Below are positions 19,728 to 29,270 of a stretch of 64,000 nucleotides of DNA, piece after piece. The translations under genes and the position numbers were made by a program. The DNA lies in assembly GCA_043732185.1 (NCBI GenBank), contig JAYTHY010000136.1:32001-96000 (forward strand), in the 5' to 3' direction. Origin of the DNA: Fibrobacteria bacterium. Lineage in GTDB: Bacteria; Fibrobacterota; Fibrobacteria; UBA11236. How positions within the stretch are numbered: position 1 is the first letter of the stretch; every line of letters begins with the position of its first letter. A model generated the notes under the pieces. The model was not told the origin of the DNA, made no database searches, and worked only from the letters and a program-made list of their open reading frames with translations.

Positions 19728-20516
19728 TTGAAGCATATGCCTACCTTCAAGAATTCGAAAGCCCTCGTATATTGTTCCGAATGGGGCCACGTGGACACTG
19801 AAGTTTCTTTAGAGCGACAATCTACCGAGCTACAGACCTATTGCTTAATGCACGGTCTTGAGGTGGTGGATATCATTTCTGATACGACTGCGCACGTTCC
19901 AGGGAAGCTACGCTTAGGCATGGAACAACTTATGCATCGGGTAAAGACTGAGCGCATTGGGCATATCATCATTTATGATGTGAGCCGAATTGGGCGTGAA
20001 GGAAAAGAAATTTTGACGTTTCTACAGGATGCTTTTGAATCCAAGGAAACAGAAATTCATATTTACGCTTGGAAAATGAGCACGGGTTCCGCTGAAGGTC
20101 AAAGATTTTTAGCGATGGCCTCCGAAATTGTTGGAAAAGAAATACCTGTAAGTAAAGAAAAACCACAAATAATATCCGCAGCGAGTGGGCGTGGTGAAAA
20201 TCTTAGGCATAAGCCATTGTGGGCAAGGCTATTTGGAATGCTCCAGGATGAACGCTATGCGGAAATTTTAATCAAGGCCTTGTTTCAAATCAAAGACTCC
20301 GTTCACCTCAGCGAATCAGAATATGTTGCCGTGCATGGCGGCTACGATCATCTCATCCTGTTTCGTGCCCTTGGATTCCGAATTAAGGGTGAGAAAACCG
20401 ATAATACCAAGTTGGTGACCGACGTTTTAGTGCTCTACTGGGATACGCTTAAGGGCCATATCGGCCCGGACCTCCATAAAATTATAGCAGGCTCTGAAAC
20501 CGGCGCAATTTTCTGA
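19728..20516 (+). CDS. Serine recombinase/resolvase-like N-terminal domain with degenerate active site
   Basis: SLERQ...L..YC...GLEVV.II.D...R.GM..L...IIIYDVSRIGR; the YxRVS motif is replaced by YCSEW. Confidence 0.7.
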   Translation: MKHMPTFKNSKALVYCSEWGHVDTEVSLERQSTELQTYCLMHGLEVVDIISDTTAHVPGKLRLGMEQLMHRVKTERIGHIIIYDVSRIGREGKEILTFLQDAFESKETEIHIYAWKMSTGSAEGQRFLAMASEIVGKEIPVSKEKPQIISAASGRGENLRHKPLWARLFGMLQDERYAEILIKALFQIKDSVHLSESEYVAVHGGYDHLILFRALGFRIKGEKTDNTKLVTDVLVLYWDTLKGHIGPDLHKIIAGSETGAIF

Positions 20517-20631
20517 AATCCCATACACTCTTCGGCCCCGAAACGCTGAAGGCCCATAGGCTTCCGCCCGTTTCGAAGCGCGTTGTTGTTATATATATTC
20601 TTCCCAAGTTAATCCCAACCTAGGAACCCCT

Positions 20632-23187
20632 TTGGCCGCTGAAGCCCATAAAACACTCATAATAGCCGAAAAACCCAGTGTCGCCGGCGATATTGTGAAG
20701 GCTTTGCCCGAAAAATTCGAAAAGCACGAAAGTTATTACGAGAGCCCCAGTTATGTCGTTTCTTATGCGATTGGCCACCTTGTCGGAATAGCCAACCCCA
20801 AAGAAATGGACGAACGATTCAAAGAATGGGGTCTTAAAAATCTGCCTATCATTCCTGAAAAATTTTCCATCCTGCCCCTTCCCAAAACCAAATCACAGCT
20901 TTCGGCATTAGGCAAATTGCTTCGTCGTAAGGATGTCAAAGAGATTGTAAATGCATGTGACGCAGGCCGAGAAGGCGAATTGATATTCCGGTATATCCTG
21001 CAATATTCCGGTGAATCGAAGCCCATCAAAGGAACCATCCGAAGACTTTGGCTGCAGAGCATGACGAAAACAGCCATTGAGACGGGCTTCCAACATTTGC
21101 GAACCGATGGGGAAATGCAAAATTTGGCGCAGGCAGCTATGTGTCGTTCTGAAGCGGACTGGCTCATTGGCATCAATGGGTCTCGAGCTCTCACCGGCTA
21201 CAAGTCCCAATGGGGCGGTTTCTTTTTGACTCCATGTGGCCGTGTGCAAACGCCCACACTCTCCATGATCGTAAATCGAGAATGGGATAGAGAAAAATTT
21301 ATTCCAAAGAATTTTTGGGAAGTGAATGCGGATTTTGGTCGGTCTGGATCCAAAGCGGGTTCAGATGCCGAGTATTCCGGTCGGTGGTTTGACCCTGAGT
21401 TTAAAAAGAAAGAAGGGGTTGAAGATGTCCGCCCGGAACGCATTTGGGATCTCGCCCGCGCTCAAGAAATCCAATCAAAGTGCCAGGGGAAACCGGCGGT
21501 AGCTACTGAAACCCAGAAGCCTTCTTCCCAGGGCGCATCGTCGCTATATGATTTGACCAGCTTGCAAAGGGATGCAAATTCTCGCTTCGGATTTTCCGCC
21601 AAGAACACATTGGGATTGGCGCAGGCGCTTTATGAACGCCATAAGGCACTAACCTATCCGAGAACGGACAGTCGATACCTCCCCAACGATTACTTGGAGG
21701 TGGCGAAAGGGCTGATGCAAAGTTTAAAGCAGGGTGAGTATGGTCGTTTTGCCACGCAAGCTTTGGAAAAGAATTATGTGCGAATGGACAAACGCATATT
21801 TGATGAGAGCAAGGTTTCCGATCACCATGCCATCATTCCCACCAACGTAATTCCCACCGACCTTTCCGAACCGGAACGCAAAATTTATCAAGCCGTGGTT
21901 CAGCGCTTTTTGGCGGTCTTTTTCCCACCGGCGAGATTCCTGAATACCTCACGCATTACTGTCGTCGAGAAGGAACACTTCCGCACAGAAGGCAAGGTGA
22001 TGGAGGAGGCCGGCTGGAAGGCCATTTACGGAGTGGACAAAAAAGAAGAAGAGATTCTTGCGCCACTTATTCCCGGATCCGTTTATTTGGCCGAACAGGT
22101 CAACCTAAAGGAAGATGCTACCAAGCCACAGCCCAGACTTAATGAATCCACCCTGTTGGCTTTTATGGAAAGTGCAGGAAAGTATGTGGAAGATGAGGAT
22201 CTGGCAGAGGCCTTAAAGGCGCGCGGCTTGGGAACCCCAGCGACTCGTGCGGCCGTAATCGAAGGTTTATTGTACGACAAATACATTGTTCGCGAGGGCA
22301 AGGAACTTGTGCCCACCGCCAAAGGGGCGGATTTGATGCGACTCCTTTCTGCCATGGGTATTGAAGAATTGGTTTCTCCGGAGTTGACTGGCGAGTGGGA
22401 ATTTAAACTGAACCGCATTGAACGTGGATTGTATACCCGGCCTGAGTTCATGCAGGAAACCGTAGATTTGGCGCGAAAAATTGTGTCAAAAATCAAGGGA
22501 TATGACGAGGATAAAGAACGCAAAGAGGCCTCTTTTACCAGTCCTCTAGATGGTCAAAAAATGTTTGAAACATTGACGCGCTTCGAGTCTGCCGATGGCA
22601 CGTTGATGGTGCGCAAGGTTCTCGGTGGTCGTCAAATGTCCGAGGCGGAAATCATCGAGCTCTTGACCAAGCGGCAGATTGGACCCTTGCAGGGCTTTCG
22701 CAGCAAGCAGGGCAAGCCTTTTACGGCAGCTTTAAAAATCAACGAAAAGAGTAAGGTCGAATTCGTTTTTGATGATAATACGTCCGGCATGGATGGAAAC
22801 CCTCTCGATCTCGCTGTTGAAATTCCGGTGGGTATTTCGCCAACAGATGGAACCAGGGTTTTTGAAACCCTTACCGGCTATGCCTCGGAAAGTGCCATCA
22901 ATGGAGATGCCAAGCTTGGTCTCAAGATCAATAAAATGATCTTGGGAAAAACGATTGATAGGGAGAACCTGGCCCTGATGCTGGCTGGGGAAAAAACCCA
23001 ATTGATTAAGGGATTCCAATCTTCCAAGACCCGCCGGTTTTTTGATGCCTATTTAAAACTTTCCAAAGACGGAAAAATCCAGTTTGAGTTTCCGCCACGC
23101 GTATTCAAAGGGCGAGGCAAGTCTAAGCAAGTGACAGAAGAGGAACCGGCTGGCCAAGAACCGGCCGCCCAAGGTCCGGACGGTTAG
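20632..23187 (+). CDS. topB: DNA topoisomerase III (type IA) with C-terminal repeats
   Basis: IAEKPSVA, ACDAGREGE, GRVQTPTL, LTYPRTDS, GLGTPATRA. Confidence 0.93.
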   Translation: MAAEAHKTLIIAEKPSVAGDIVKALPEKFEKHESYYESPSYVVSYAIGHLVGIANPKEMDERFKEWGLKNLPIIPEKFSILPLPKTKSQLSALGKLLRRKDVKEIVNACDAGREGELIFRYILQYSGESKPIKGTIRRLWLQSMTKTAIETGFQHLRTDGEMQNLAQAAMCRSEADWLIGINGSRALTGYKSQWGGFFLTPCGRVQTPTLSMIVNREWDREKFIPKNFWEVNADFGRSGSKAGSDAEYSGRWFDPEFKKKEGVEDVRPERIWDLARAQEIQSKCQGKPAVATETQKPSSQGASSLYDLTSLQRDANSRFGFSAKNTLGLAQALYERHKALTYPRTDSRYLPNDYLEVAKGLMQSLKQGEYGRFATQALEKNYVRMDKRIFDESKVSDHHAIIPTNVIPTDLSEPERKIYQAVVQRFLAVFFPPARFLNTSRITVVEKEHFRTEGKVMEEAGWKAIYGVDKKEEEILAPLIPGSVYLAEQVNLKEDATKPQPRLNESTLLAFMESAGKYVEDEDLAEALKARGLGTPATRAAVIEGLLYDKYIVREGKELVPTAKGADLMRLLSAMGIEELVSPELTGEWEFKLNRIERGLYTRPEFMQETVDLARKIVSKIKGYDEDKERKEASFTSPLDGQKMFETLTRFESADGTLMVRKVLGGRQMSEAEIIELLTKRQIGPLQGFRSKQGKPFTAALKINEKSKVEFVFDDNTSGMDGNPLDLAVEIPVGISPTDGTRVFETLTGYASESAINGDAKLGLKINKMILGKTIDRENLALMLAGEKTQLIKGFQSSKTRRFFDAYLKLSKDGKIQFEFPPRVFKGRGKSKQVTEEEPAGQEPAAQGPDG

Positions 23188-23224
23188 AAACCGGACGGTT
23201 AAAAACCGGACGGTTAAAAACCGG
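23176..23224. repeat. 15-bp tandem repeat, 3 copies plus a partial
   Basis: CCGGACGGTTAGAAA CCGGACGGTTAAAAA CCGGACGGTTAAAAA CCGG. Confidence 0.9.
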
Positions 23225-23232
23225 GCGTTGAA

Positions 23233-24144
23233 TTATTTGGCGTCAAAGACCGAGATAAAGTATCCGCCTGTTTTGTCGGATGGATCTCTGGTTTGATGGA
23301 ACACATCTAGAATTACTTGTGAGCGGTGGAATCGGTTTGACCGATACCGAAAGAAGACTTGGCAATTGAGTTTCTTAATGGGTTCTTCCAACGCGCCCTC
23401 GACAAATAAAGATCGAAGCTGCGTTAGGTGGCTCAATTCATGCCGGTGTGCGTTGGCATAGTCCACCTTGAAACAAACGCCTTTGGGCTTTAACAAATGG
23501 CGTAAATTGCGGCTGATGACGCGGTCAGTCATAATACCTTCATACATTTCGGCGGGATCCACTTTAGCGACTTCATCCTCCGGATCCATTTCCCTCAGGC
23601 GCGCCAGAATTTTTGCCACCTTGGTATCGCCAACTTTTTTATATCCGTTTTTGTCATAGTAGGGTTGATCGGATGGAGCCGGGGTTAGGTTAGGGAAAAC
23701 AAAAACCACGGCATCGGCTTTACCCTTGGGCAGTGAGAAATTGGGAAGACTCGTTTGCACCAATCGAATTCGCGGACCCTGTGGAGAAAAGGATTCGGCA
23801 GCAGTCACTACGCCGGCTTCTTCACCGGCATCTTCCATTCGAACCCGCGCCTGCTCCAGCATTTTACGGGAGCCGTCCAAGGCCACAATGCGCGCCTTGG
23901 GAAAACGCCTGGCTAAACTGGCTAGAAAATGACCGCTGCCACAGGCATAATCTACGATCCACTTTGGATATCCAGGCCCTCTCTTTGGCAATTGTTCACC
24001 CACATATTTGGCCACTGCAGCATAGGCCTTGCGGTGTGCTTCATTAGAGGCTTGTTTTTCCCACCAATCACCGATAGCAGAGTCATAGGATTTATGGCCT
24101 TTTAAAAAGAGCTTATCGAAGTCAATGTTTTTGTGATTACTCAT
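23233..24144 (-). CDS. Class I SAM-dependent methyltransferase
   Basis: IVDYACGSG motif I, VALDGS; substrate unknown. Confidence 0.85.
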   Translation of the reverse strand: MSNHKNIDFDKLFLKGHKSYDSAIGDWWEKQASNEAHRKAYAAVAKYVGEQLPKRGPGYPKWIVDYACGSGHFLASLARRFPKARIVALDGSRKMLEQARVRMEDAGEEAGVVTAAESFSPQGPRIRLVQTSLPNFSLPKGKADAVVFVFPNLTPAPSDQPYYDKNGYKKVGDTKVAKILARLREMDPEDEVAKVDPAEMYEGIMTDRVISRNLRHLLKPKGVCFKVDYANAHRHELSHLTQLRSLFVEGALEEPIKKLNCQVFFRYRSNRFHRSQVILDVFHQTRDPSDKTGGYFISVFDAK

Positions 24145-25135
24145 CTTGTTTGAAACGCTCCAAAAAGGTGCGGGCCTCCACCATTTCTTTTGGCAAGGGA
24201 CTTTCGAATTGCATTCTCTCGCCGGTTATCGGATGTAAAAAGGACAATTGGTGAGCGTGCAAAGCTTGCGTTTGGAAAAAGGAAAGCAGCTTGATCGCAA
24301 AAGGCTGGTGAATGGGTTGAATGCGTCCGAGTAGGGATTGACGGCCTCCATAAGTGGGGTCACCGACAACGGGATGGTTGATGTAGGCCATATGCACGCG
24401 GATCTGATGCGTCCTACCCGTGTCCAAAGTCAGCTCCACGTAAGACGCAAATTGATGGAACCCCAAAACCCGATAATGGGTTACGGCGCGTTTGCCTCCG
24501 GAATGCACACCCATTTTTAATGGGTCACGAGGATTGCGGGCGATGGGTTGGTCGACCGTTCCGTTAGTGTCGGAAAGTTCACGCCATACGAAGGCATGAT
24601 AGATCCTGTGAATGTCCCTGGCTTCCAATTGCTTGGCCAGACTCAAGTGCGCGGCATTATTTTTAGCGACAACCAATAATCCGGACGTATCCTTATCCAA
24701 ACGGTGGAGAATTCCCGGTCGCAACGGACCGTTCACATCCGAAAGCCGTGGATAGCGGAAGGCCAGCGCGTTGGCCAGTGTTCCGGAATGCACGCCGTTT
24801 CCTGGATGGGTAATCATGCCTTTGGATTTGTCGACCACTAACAAGTGTTCGTCTTCAAAGACGATTTGCAAAGGAATGTTTTCGGGTACCAGAGTGGTGA
24901 CTTCTAGCTCAGGTGCAAGAATAAGGGTAACGGTGTCCCCGGGACTTACGAAATCTTTTTTTCTGGCCGTAGCCCCGTTGATCGCGAAACAGCCCTGCTC
25001 GATCCATTTTTGAATGCGATTCCTGGAAACTTCAAGCGCGCGTGTCCCCAAAAAATGGTCCAACCGGGCAGCAACTTCCTCGGCCGAGCACGTCCAAGAT
25101 TTTCCAATGGTAAGTAAGGAAACCGTAGGCCTCAG
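24137..25135 (-). CDS. rluD: RluA/RluD-family pseudouridine synthase with S4 domain
   Basis: RLDHFL..SRNRIQKWI (S4), HRLDKDTSG, TGRTHQIRVH, QALHA. Start extended to a putative CTG; the first canonical start is 25063. Confidence 0.9.
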   Translation of the reverse strand: MRPTVSLLTIGKSWTCSAEEVAARLDHFLGTRALEVSRNRIQKWIEQGCFAINGATARKKDFVSPGDTVTLILAPELEVTTLVPENIPLQIVFEDEHLLVVDKSKGMITHPGNGVHSGTLANALAFRYPRLSDVNGPLRPGILHRLDKDTSGLLVVAKNNAAHLSLAKQLEARDIHRIYHAFVWRELSDTNGTVDQPIARNPRDPLKMGVHSGGKRAVTHYRVLGFHQFASYVELTLDTGRTHQIRVHMAYINHPVVGDPTYGGRQSLLGRIQPIHQPFAIKLLSFFQTQALHAHQLSFLHPITGERMQFESPLPKEMVEARTFLERFKQDE

Positions 25136-25701
25136 GATCCTGCGCTTGGAGCGCGGTTTTTAATGAACATCGGCGCAATAATAATCAGTCCAACTCCGAT
25201 GCATACACAGCTGTCCGCCACATTGAAAGTCGGCCATCGTGTTGGCCAGGCAGGAACACCCACATCGATAAAGTCGGTGACTTTATGGAAACGCAAGCGA
25301 TCAATGAGGTTGCCAAAGGCGCCGGAAAGTATCAAGGTCAATCCTGCTTTTTGCCAAAGGTCCTGCGGACGAAGATGTCGATAGTAGTAGATCAAAGCGA
25401 CAATCGCCACAGTTGAAAAAATTGAGTAGAATAGCGTAGGATTTAAAAAGGGAATAATGCTTTGGGGCTTCATGCCGAACGCAGCGCCGCTATTAAATAC
25501 CAGCCTGAATTGGATCCATTCACCTAAAACCTGCTTGATTTTGAAATAATCCGGCTCACCGCCGGGCAATCCAAAATGGAGCCTGGCCAAGTACTTGGTG
25601 ACTTGATCTGCGACCAAGGTTAGCACAAGCAGAATCATCCGCAGTAGGTCGCCTTTAATAGGGCTATTGTAAGTGGTTTCTGTACTCTGTTCCATATGCA
25701 T
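25132..25701 (-). CDS. lspA: Lipoprotein signal peptidase II
   Basis: DQVTK, NSGAAFG, GAFGNLIDR, VTDFI, FNVAD. Confidence 0.95.
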   Translation of the reverse strand: MHMEQSTETTYNSPIKGDLLRMILLVLTLVADQVTKYLARLHFGLPGGEPDYFKIKQVLGEWIQFRLVFNSGAAFGMKPQSIIPFLNPTLFYSIFSTVAIVALIYYYRHLRPQDLWQKAGLTLILSGAFGNLIDRLRFHKVTDFIDVGVPAWPTRWPTFNVADSCVCIGVGLIIIAPMFIKNRAPSAGS

Positions 25702-26897
25702 TATCCCGAAATTCCGGCCGCAAAACCTGGTTTATATGCTGTGTTTGCGGCACTATGACCGGAATATTTTTGCAAAGTGGAATCCATGCTTTCCAAAGTT
25801 GTACGCAACATTTTTCGAGTCAGCCCATTTGACCAACATACTAAACTGGTCTTCCTGACGATTCGCTTAACCTGTGAACGTGAAATCTTGGTATTCGGTT
25901 CCTCTTTTGTCGCATCAAGTTCACGGGCAATCAAAACAATGGTTTCCGCGGCCATGAACAATGGCCATAGGCAAAATAATCGTAGGCGCGGTTCCAATCG
26001 GGGCAATAAGCAGGTGTATTCCAGAGCATCCTCAAGGTGTTTTTTGGCCTTCTGGATCAAATGTACCATAATGCGAGCTTTGGCCTGCCGGCCTTCTTGG
26101 GAAAGAAAGTTTACGGAGGAGAGTCCCTCCTGTGCCAGAAGGGACAGGGGAATATAGGATACATTTCGCTGGGCATCTTCATGAATGTCTTTTAGGATAT
26201 TTGTCAGTTGTAGCCCCAGTCCAAAAGAGACTGCCAGCGAATTTAAAGCTTGAGCCCGCTTGGTGCCGATGAGGTTGGAATGCAAGGCGAATAATTTGCA
26301 CAACAAAAGACCGACGGTACCAGCCACGTAATAGCAATACCCATCAAGATCCTCCATCGTTTCAATGAGGACGGGCTCGTCCTGACCTGAAGCCGCCTTG
26401 GACTGTTTGGCGGTAAAGCGAATCATACCATCACACATTTCTTCGACACATTCGGAAATAGCTTTGACGGCAAGCGTTGAAAAACCACTTAACAGGGGAA
26501 AGAGCCAATGCCCATGGGCGACTAAGAGATGATCCCATCGGTCTGACCGGACCCAGTTTTCCGGTAAAGATGCGTAAAAGTGCGACCAGCGCGTATCAAA
26601 GTCCGGGCCGGGTGGCATGAGGCCGCGAAACGCTTGAATAAGTTGAATTTTTTTCAGGCCGTCCAGTTCTGGATCATCTTCCAGGGTATCTGCCATCCGA
26701 CAGAACAAATAGGCCAGTTGCACTTGATTGAGCAAGCCCTGGGGGAGCACTTGGATGTTTAACGCGAACGTTCTCGATGTTTTAGCCAGCATAAATGCCG
26801 CAAAGTCTGTCGGGTCCGGTCGACGATTTTCCGCCATGGCAGTTTTCCATCGCAAATCGTTTTCTTGCTCGGAGGTATTAGGCGAAATCAAGAACAT
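25701..26897 (-). CDS. Squalene/phytoene synthase family, squalene-synthase-like
   Basis: SRTF, YLFCRMADTLEDD, YCYYVAGTVG, GLGLQLTNILKDIHED. Confidence 0.85.
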   Translation of the reverse strand: MFLISPNTSEQENDLRWKTAMAENRRPDPTDFAAFMLAKTSRTFALNIQVLPQGLLNQVQLAYLFCRMADTLEDDPELDGLKKIQLIQAFRGLMPPGPDFDTRWSHFYASLPENWVRSDRWDHLLVAHGHWLFPLLSGFSTLAVKAISECVEEMCDGMIRFTAKQSKAASGQDEPVLIETMEDLDGYCYYVAGTVGLLLCKLFALHSNLIGTKRAQALNSLAVSFGLGLQLTNILKDIHEDAQRNVSYIPLSLLAQEGLSSVNFLSQEGRQAKARIMVHLIQKAKKHLEDALEYTCLLPRLEPRLRLFCLWPLFMAAETIVLIARELDATKEEPNTKISRSQVKRIVRKTSLVCWSNGLTRKMLRTTLESMDSTLQKYSGHSAANTAYKPGFAAGISG

Positions 26898-26915
26898 GGC
26901 TAAGGTCTGCCAGGG

Positions 26916-27500
26916 TTAAATTGAGGATTCAACGGGCTCATGGATACGGGCTACCTTACGTTGGTTTCTTGAATTCTTGGCTTGGGCACCTAAAGTTTTA
27001 ATGAGTATTCCCTGCTCATCGGCTTTACGCAGTAAATTTTGATGTTGGTAAGCTGCTAAGCTTTTAAATGCGCCTTCACCCATGGTTTTCCCTTCGCTTT
27101 CCAGCTTGGCCCGGAGTTCATCGTGCAGGAAGTAATAGGAATCTTCCTGCTGCTGATAGCGAATCCGCAACCACAAGGCATCCAGGCGCATCACCAAAAA
27201 CCCCAAGGCCACTCCGTAAGCCATGTACCAGACATTGCCAGCTTTAGGCGTATACAGGTTTACCAGCAGTATTCCGGTACCGACCAGACCCAGCATGATG
27301 ATGCGTGACACCAAGCGGATTTGAAATTTATAGGCACCCTTCCACTGTTTGGGTATGTATACCCAGGACTTTCCCTTTTTCAAATTCTTTTCGAACGAAA
27401 TAGGATAGGCGACAAACTCGCACCACAACCAATGCAATAAAAGCAATGTGGCTAACAAGCCCCAGGCGATGTACTGGTGTTGAACTTTTAAACTGATCAT
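26916..27500 (-). CDS. Hypothetical membrane protein (about 3 TM)
   Basis: 194-aa ORF with hydrophobic segments, first gene of a minus-strand run. Confidence 0.7.
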   Translation of the reverse strand: MISLKVQHQYIAWGLLATLLLLHWLWCEFVAYPISFEKNLKKGKSWVYIPKQWKGAYKFQIRLVSRIIMLGLVGTGILLVNLYTPKAGNVWYMAYGVALGFLVMRLDALWLRIRYQQQEDSYYFLHDELRAKLESEGKTMGEGAFKSLAAYQHQNLLRKADEQGILIKTLGAQAKNSRNQRKVARIHEPVESSI

Positions 27501-27544
27501 TTTGTCGGGTTCGGGCTGGAAAGTAATTTTAGCTCAGTCACAGC

Positions 27545-27868
27545 CAGTCCACAAGGGATTTGCAGTTCTTTTGAGCTTAAAAGTCCTCAAAGGAAATCAT
27601 AGTACCTAAGTGTGCGTGGATAGAATGTTGAAAACTTTAGCCTACCATACTGCTCAATTTCTGGTTTTTCTCAATAGCGTTATATCTTGTAATTTCAGGG
27701 TCTTAAGTCATAAACCGTTCCGGAAAATCTCGCCACAAATGGGCTATCAACAGGGCACTTTGGTTCATGAAGTTGATTATATTTCTCGCTTGCTCCTGAC
27801 CCTGAAGGTTTCCACAAATGCTTCGAATGAATATTCCGCCTAGCTTACTCAAATCCCCAGTATCCACA
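27545..27868. promoter_or_regulatory. DnaA-box cluster upstream of dnaA (candidate oriC or autoregulatory region)
   Basis: Imperfect TTWTNCACA matches: CGTGGATAG 27615, TGTTGAAAA 27626, CTATCAACA 27744, GTTTCCACA 27808, GTATCCACA 27860; AT-rich spacer. Confidence 0.55.
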
Positions 27869-27894
27869 GGCTTTGCCCTCAAGCACCTTACGCA

Positions 27895-29259
27895 ATGCAG
27901 TCGCAGGATTGCCTAATGCCCAGTTTAGTAACATCGCTGCATCCTTGGACTGGCTGTTTGGGTTCCCTGAAGGCCAAGCTTTCTCCAGACGTTTACAGTC
28001 AGTGGATAGTGCCGCTTAGGGTTTTGGATCTTAGCGAATTCCAGGTCATCCTGGAAGTGCCCCAAAATCTGGATATGGAACAATTGTCGAAAATGTACCT
28101 CGGGCTTATCGAGCATTGCTTTATGGAGGCCAATGGCCGTGAGGTTCGGGTTCAGTTGCGGCGCCAACCCAGCATTCCCGTGCCTTCGCAAGGTTCTGGT
28201 AGCCACTTTTCCAATATGCCCGTGATTGATTTGAACTTCAATTACACTTTCGATGAATTTGTCGTTGGCAGTAATTCCCAGTTTGCGTATTCGGCGGCAT
28301 TGGCGGTGGCCAAGGATCCGGGAGGAACCAAGTTCAATCCTCTGCTCATCTACGGCGGCGTCGGACTGGGCAAAACCCACTTGATGCAAGCAATCGGCAA
28401 TTATGCCGTGGCGCAAAACCTTGGTAAGAAAGTGCGCTATGTCACCTCTGAAGCCTTCTATCGTGAATTCGTTGAATCGATTCAACACAATCGTATCAAT
28501 GAGCTTTCCAATTATTATCGCAATGAAGTTGACATCCTCCTCATGGACGATGTGCAATTTTTAAGCGGCAAGGACCGGACCCAAGAAGAGTTTTTTCACA
28601 TCTTCAATTCTTTGCATCAAAGCCGGAAACAGATTGTGCTTACCAGTGATGCGCCTCCCGGTGACTTGAAGGGATTGGAAGACCGATTGGTGAGCCGATT
28701 CCAATGGGGACTTTTTGTCGATATTCAGCCGCCGGATCGGGAAACCCGTGAAGCGATTCTAAATCACAAGGCGCTAGCGCTGAATCTGGATATTTCACCG
28801 GAAATTATCGCCTATTTGGCAGAGGCCATTGATTCCAATATTCGCATTCTGGAAGGCGCCATTCGTCAATTGTTATTGCAAGCCTCTATTAAGCATTCCG
28901 ATATCACTATGGAACTTGCCAAGGAGATTGTAAACCGTACTGGCTTGAATCGCCCCGCCAAAAAAATAACGGCGGAAGATATTACCACGGTCGTAGCCAA
29001 TTATTTTGTGGTCGAGGTAGATAGGATAATTGAACAAGGCCGGGGCACAAAAGAAGTTGCGCAGGCTCGTCAGTTGGCCATGTTCATTATGAAGGAGCTG
29101 ACTTCCGCTTCATTGAAATCTATAGGACAACGGTTTGGCGGCCGCGATCACAGTACTGTGGTGCATGCCATCAAGACCATTGAAAAGGCCATGGAGAAGG
29201 ACGGGTCATTTAAGAAGAGTGTGGACGCGATACTGGGGAAACTTTCGCCTTCCCGTTGA
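27895..29259 (+). CDS. dnaA: Chromosomal replication initiator DnaA
   Basis: YTFDEFV, FNPLLIYGGVGLGKTHL, LMDDVQF, RLVSRF, FGGRDHSTVVHA. Confidence 0.97.
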   Translation: MQSQDCLMPSLVTSLHPWTGCLGSLKAKLSPDVYSQWIVPLRVLDLSEFQVILEVPQNLDMEQLSKMYLGLIEHCFMEANGREVRVQLRRQPSIPVPSQGSGSHFSNMPVIDLNFNYTFDEFVVGSNSQFAYSAALAVAKDPGGTKFNPLLIYGGVGLGKTHLMQAIGNYAVAQNLGKKVRYVTSEAFYREFVESIQHNRINELSNYYRNEVDILLMDDVQFLSGKDRTQEEFFHIFNSLHQSRKQIVLTSDAPPGDLKGLEDRLVSRFQWGLFVDIQPPDRETREAILNHKALALNLDISPEIIAYLAEAIDSNIRILEGAIRQLLLQASIKHSDITMELAKEIVNRTGLNRPAKKITAEDITTVVANYFVVEVDRIIEQGRGTKEVAQARQLAMFIMKELTSASLKSIGQRFGGRDHSTVVHAIKTIEKAMEKDGSFKKSVDAILGKLSPSR

Positions 29260-29270
29260 ATCGACCTGCT

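Noticed and set aside
19527..20631. Possible transposon or integrative element around the resolvase-like gene
   Set aside because: No transposase, terminal inverted repeats, target duplication or cargo seen.
23176..23224. Possible CRISPR array
   Set aside because: Units are 15 bp and contiguous with no spacers; no cas genes in the window.
27610..27843. 77-aa ORF upstream of dnaA
   Set aside because: No recognisable motif or RBS; it overlaps the DnaA-box region and is probably non-coding.
27925..28557. 210-aa ORF antisense to dnaA
   Set aside because: Shadow of a highly conserved gene, with no independent features.
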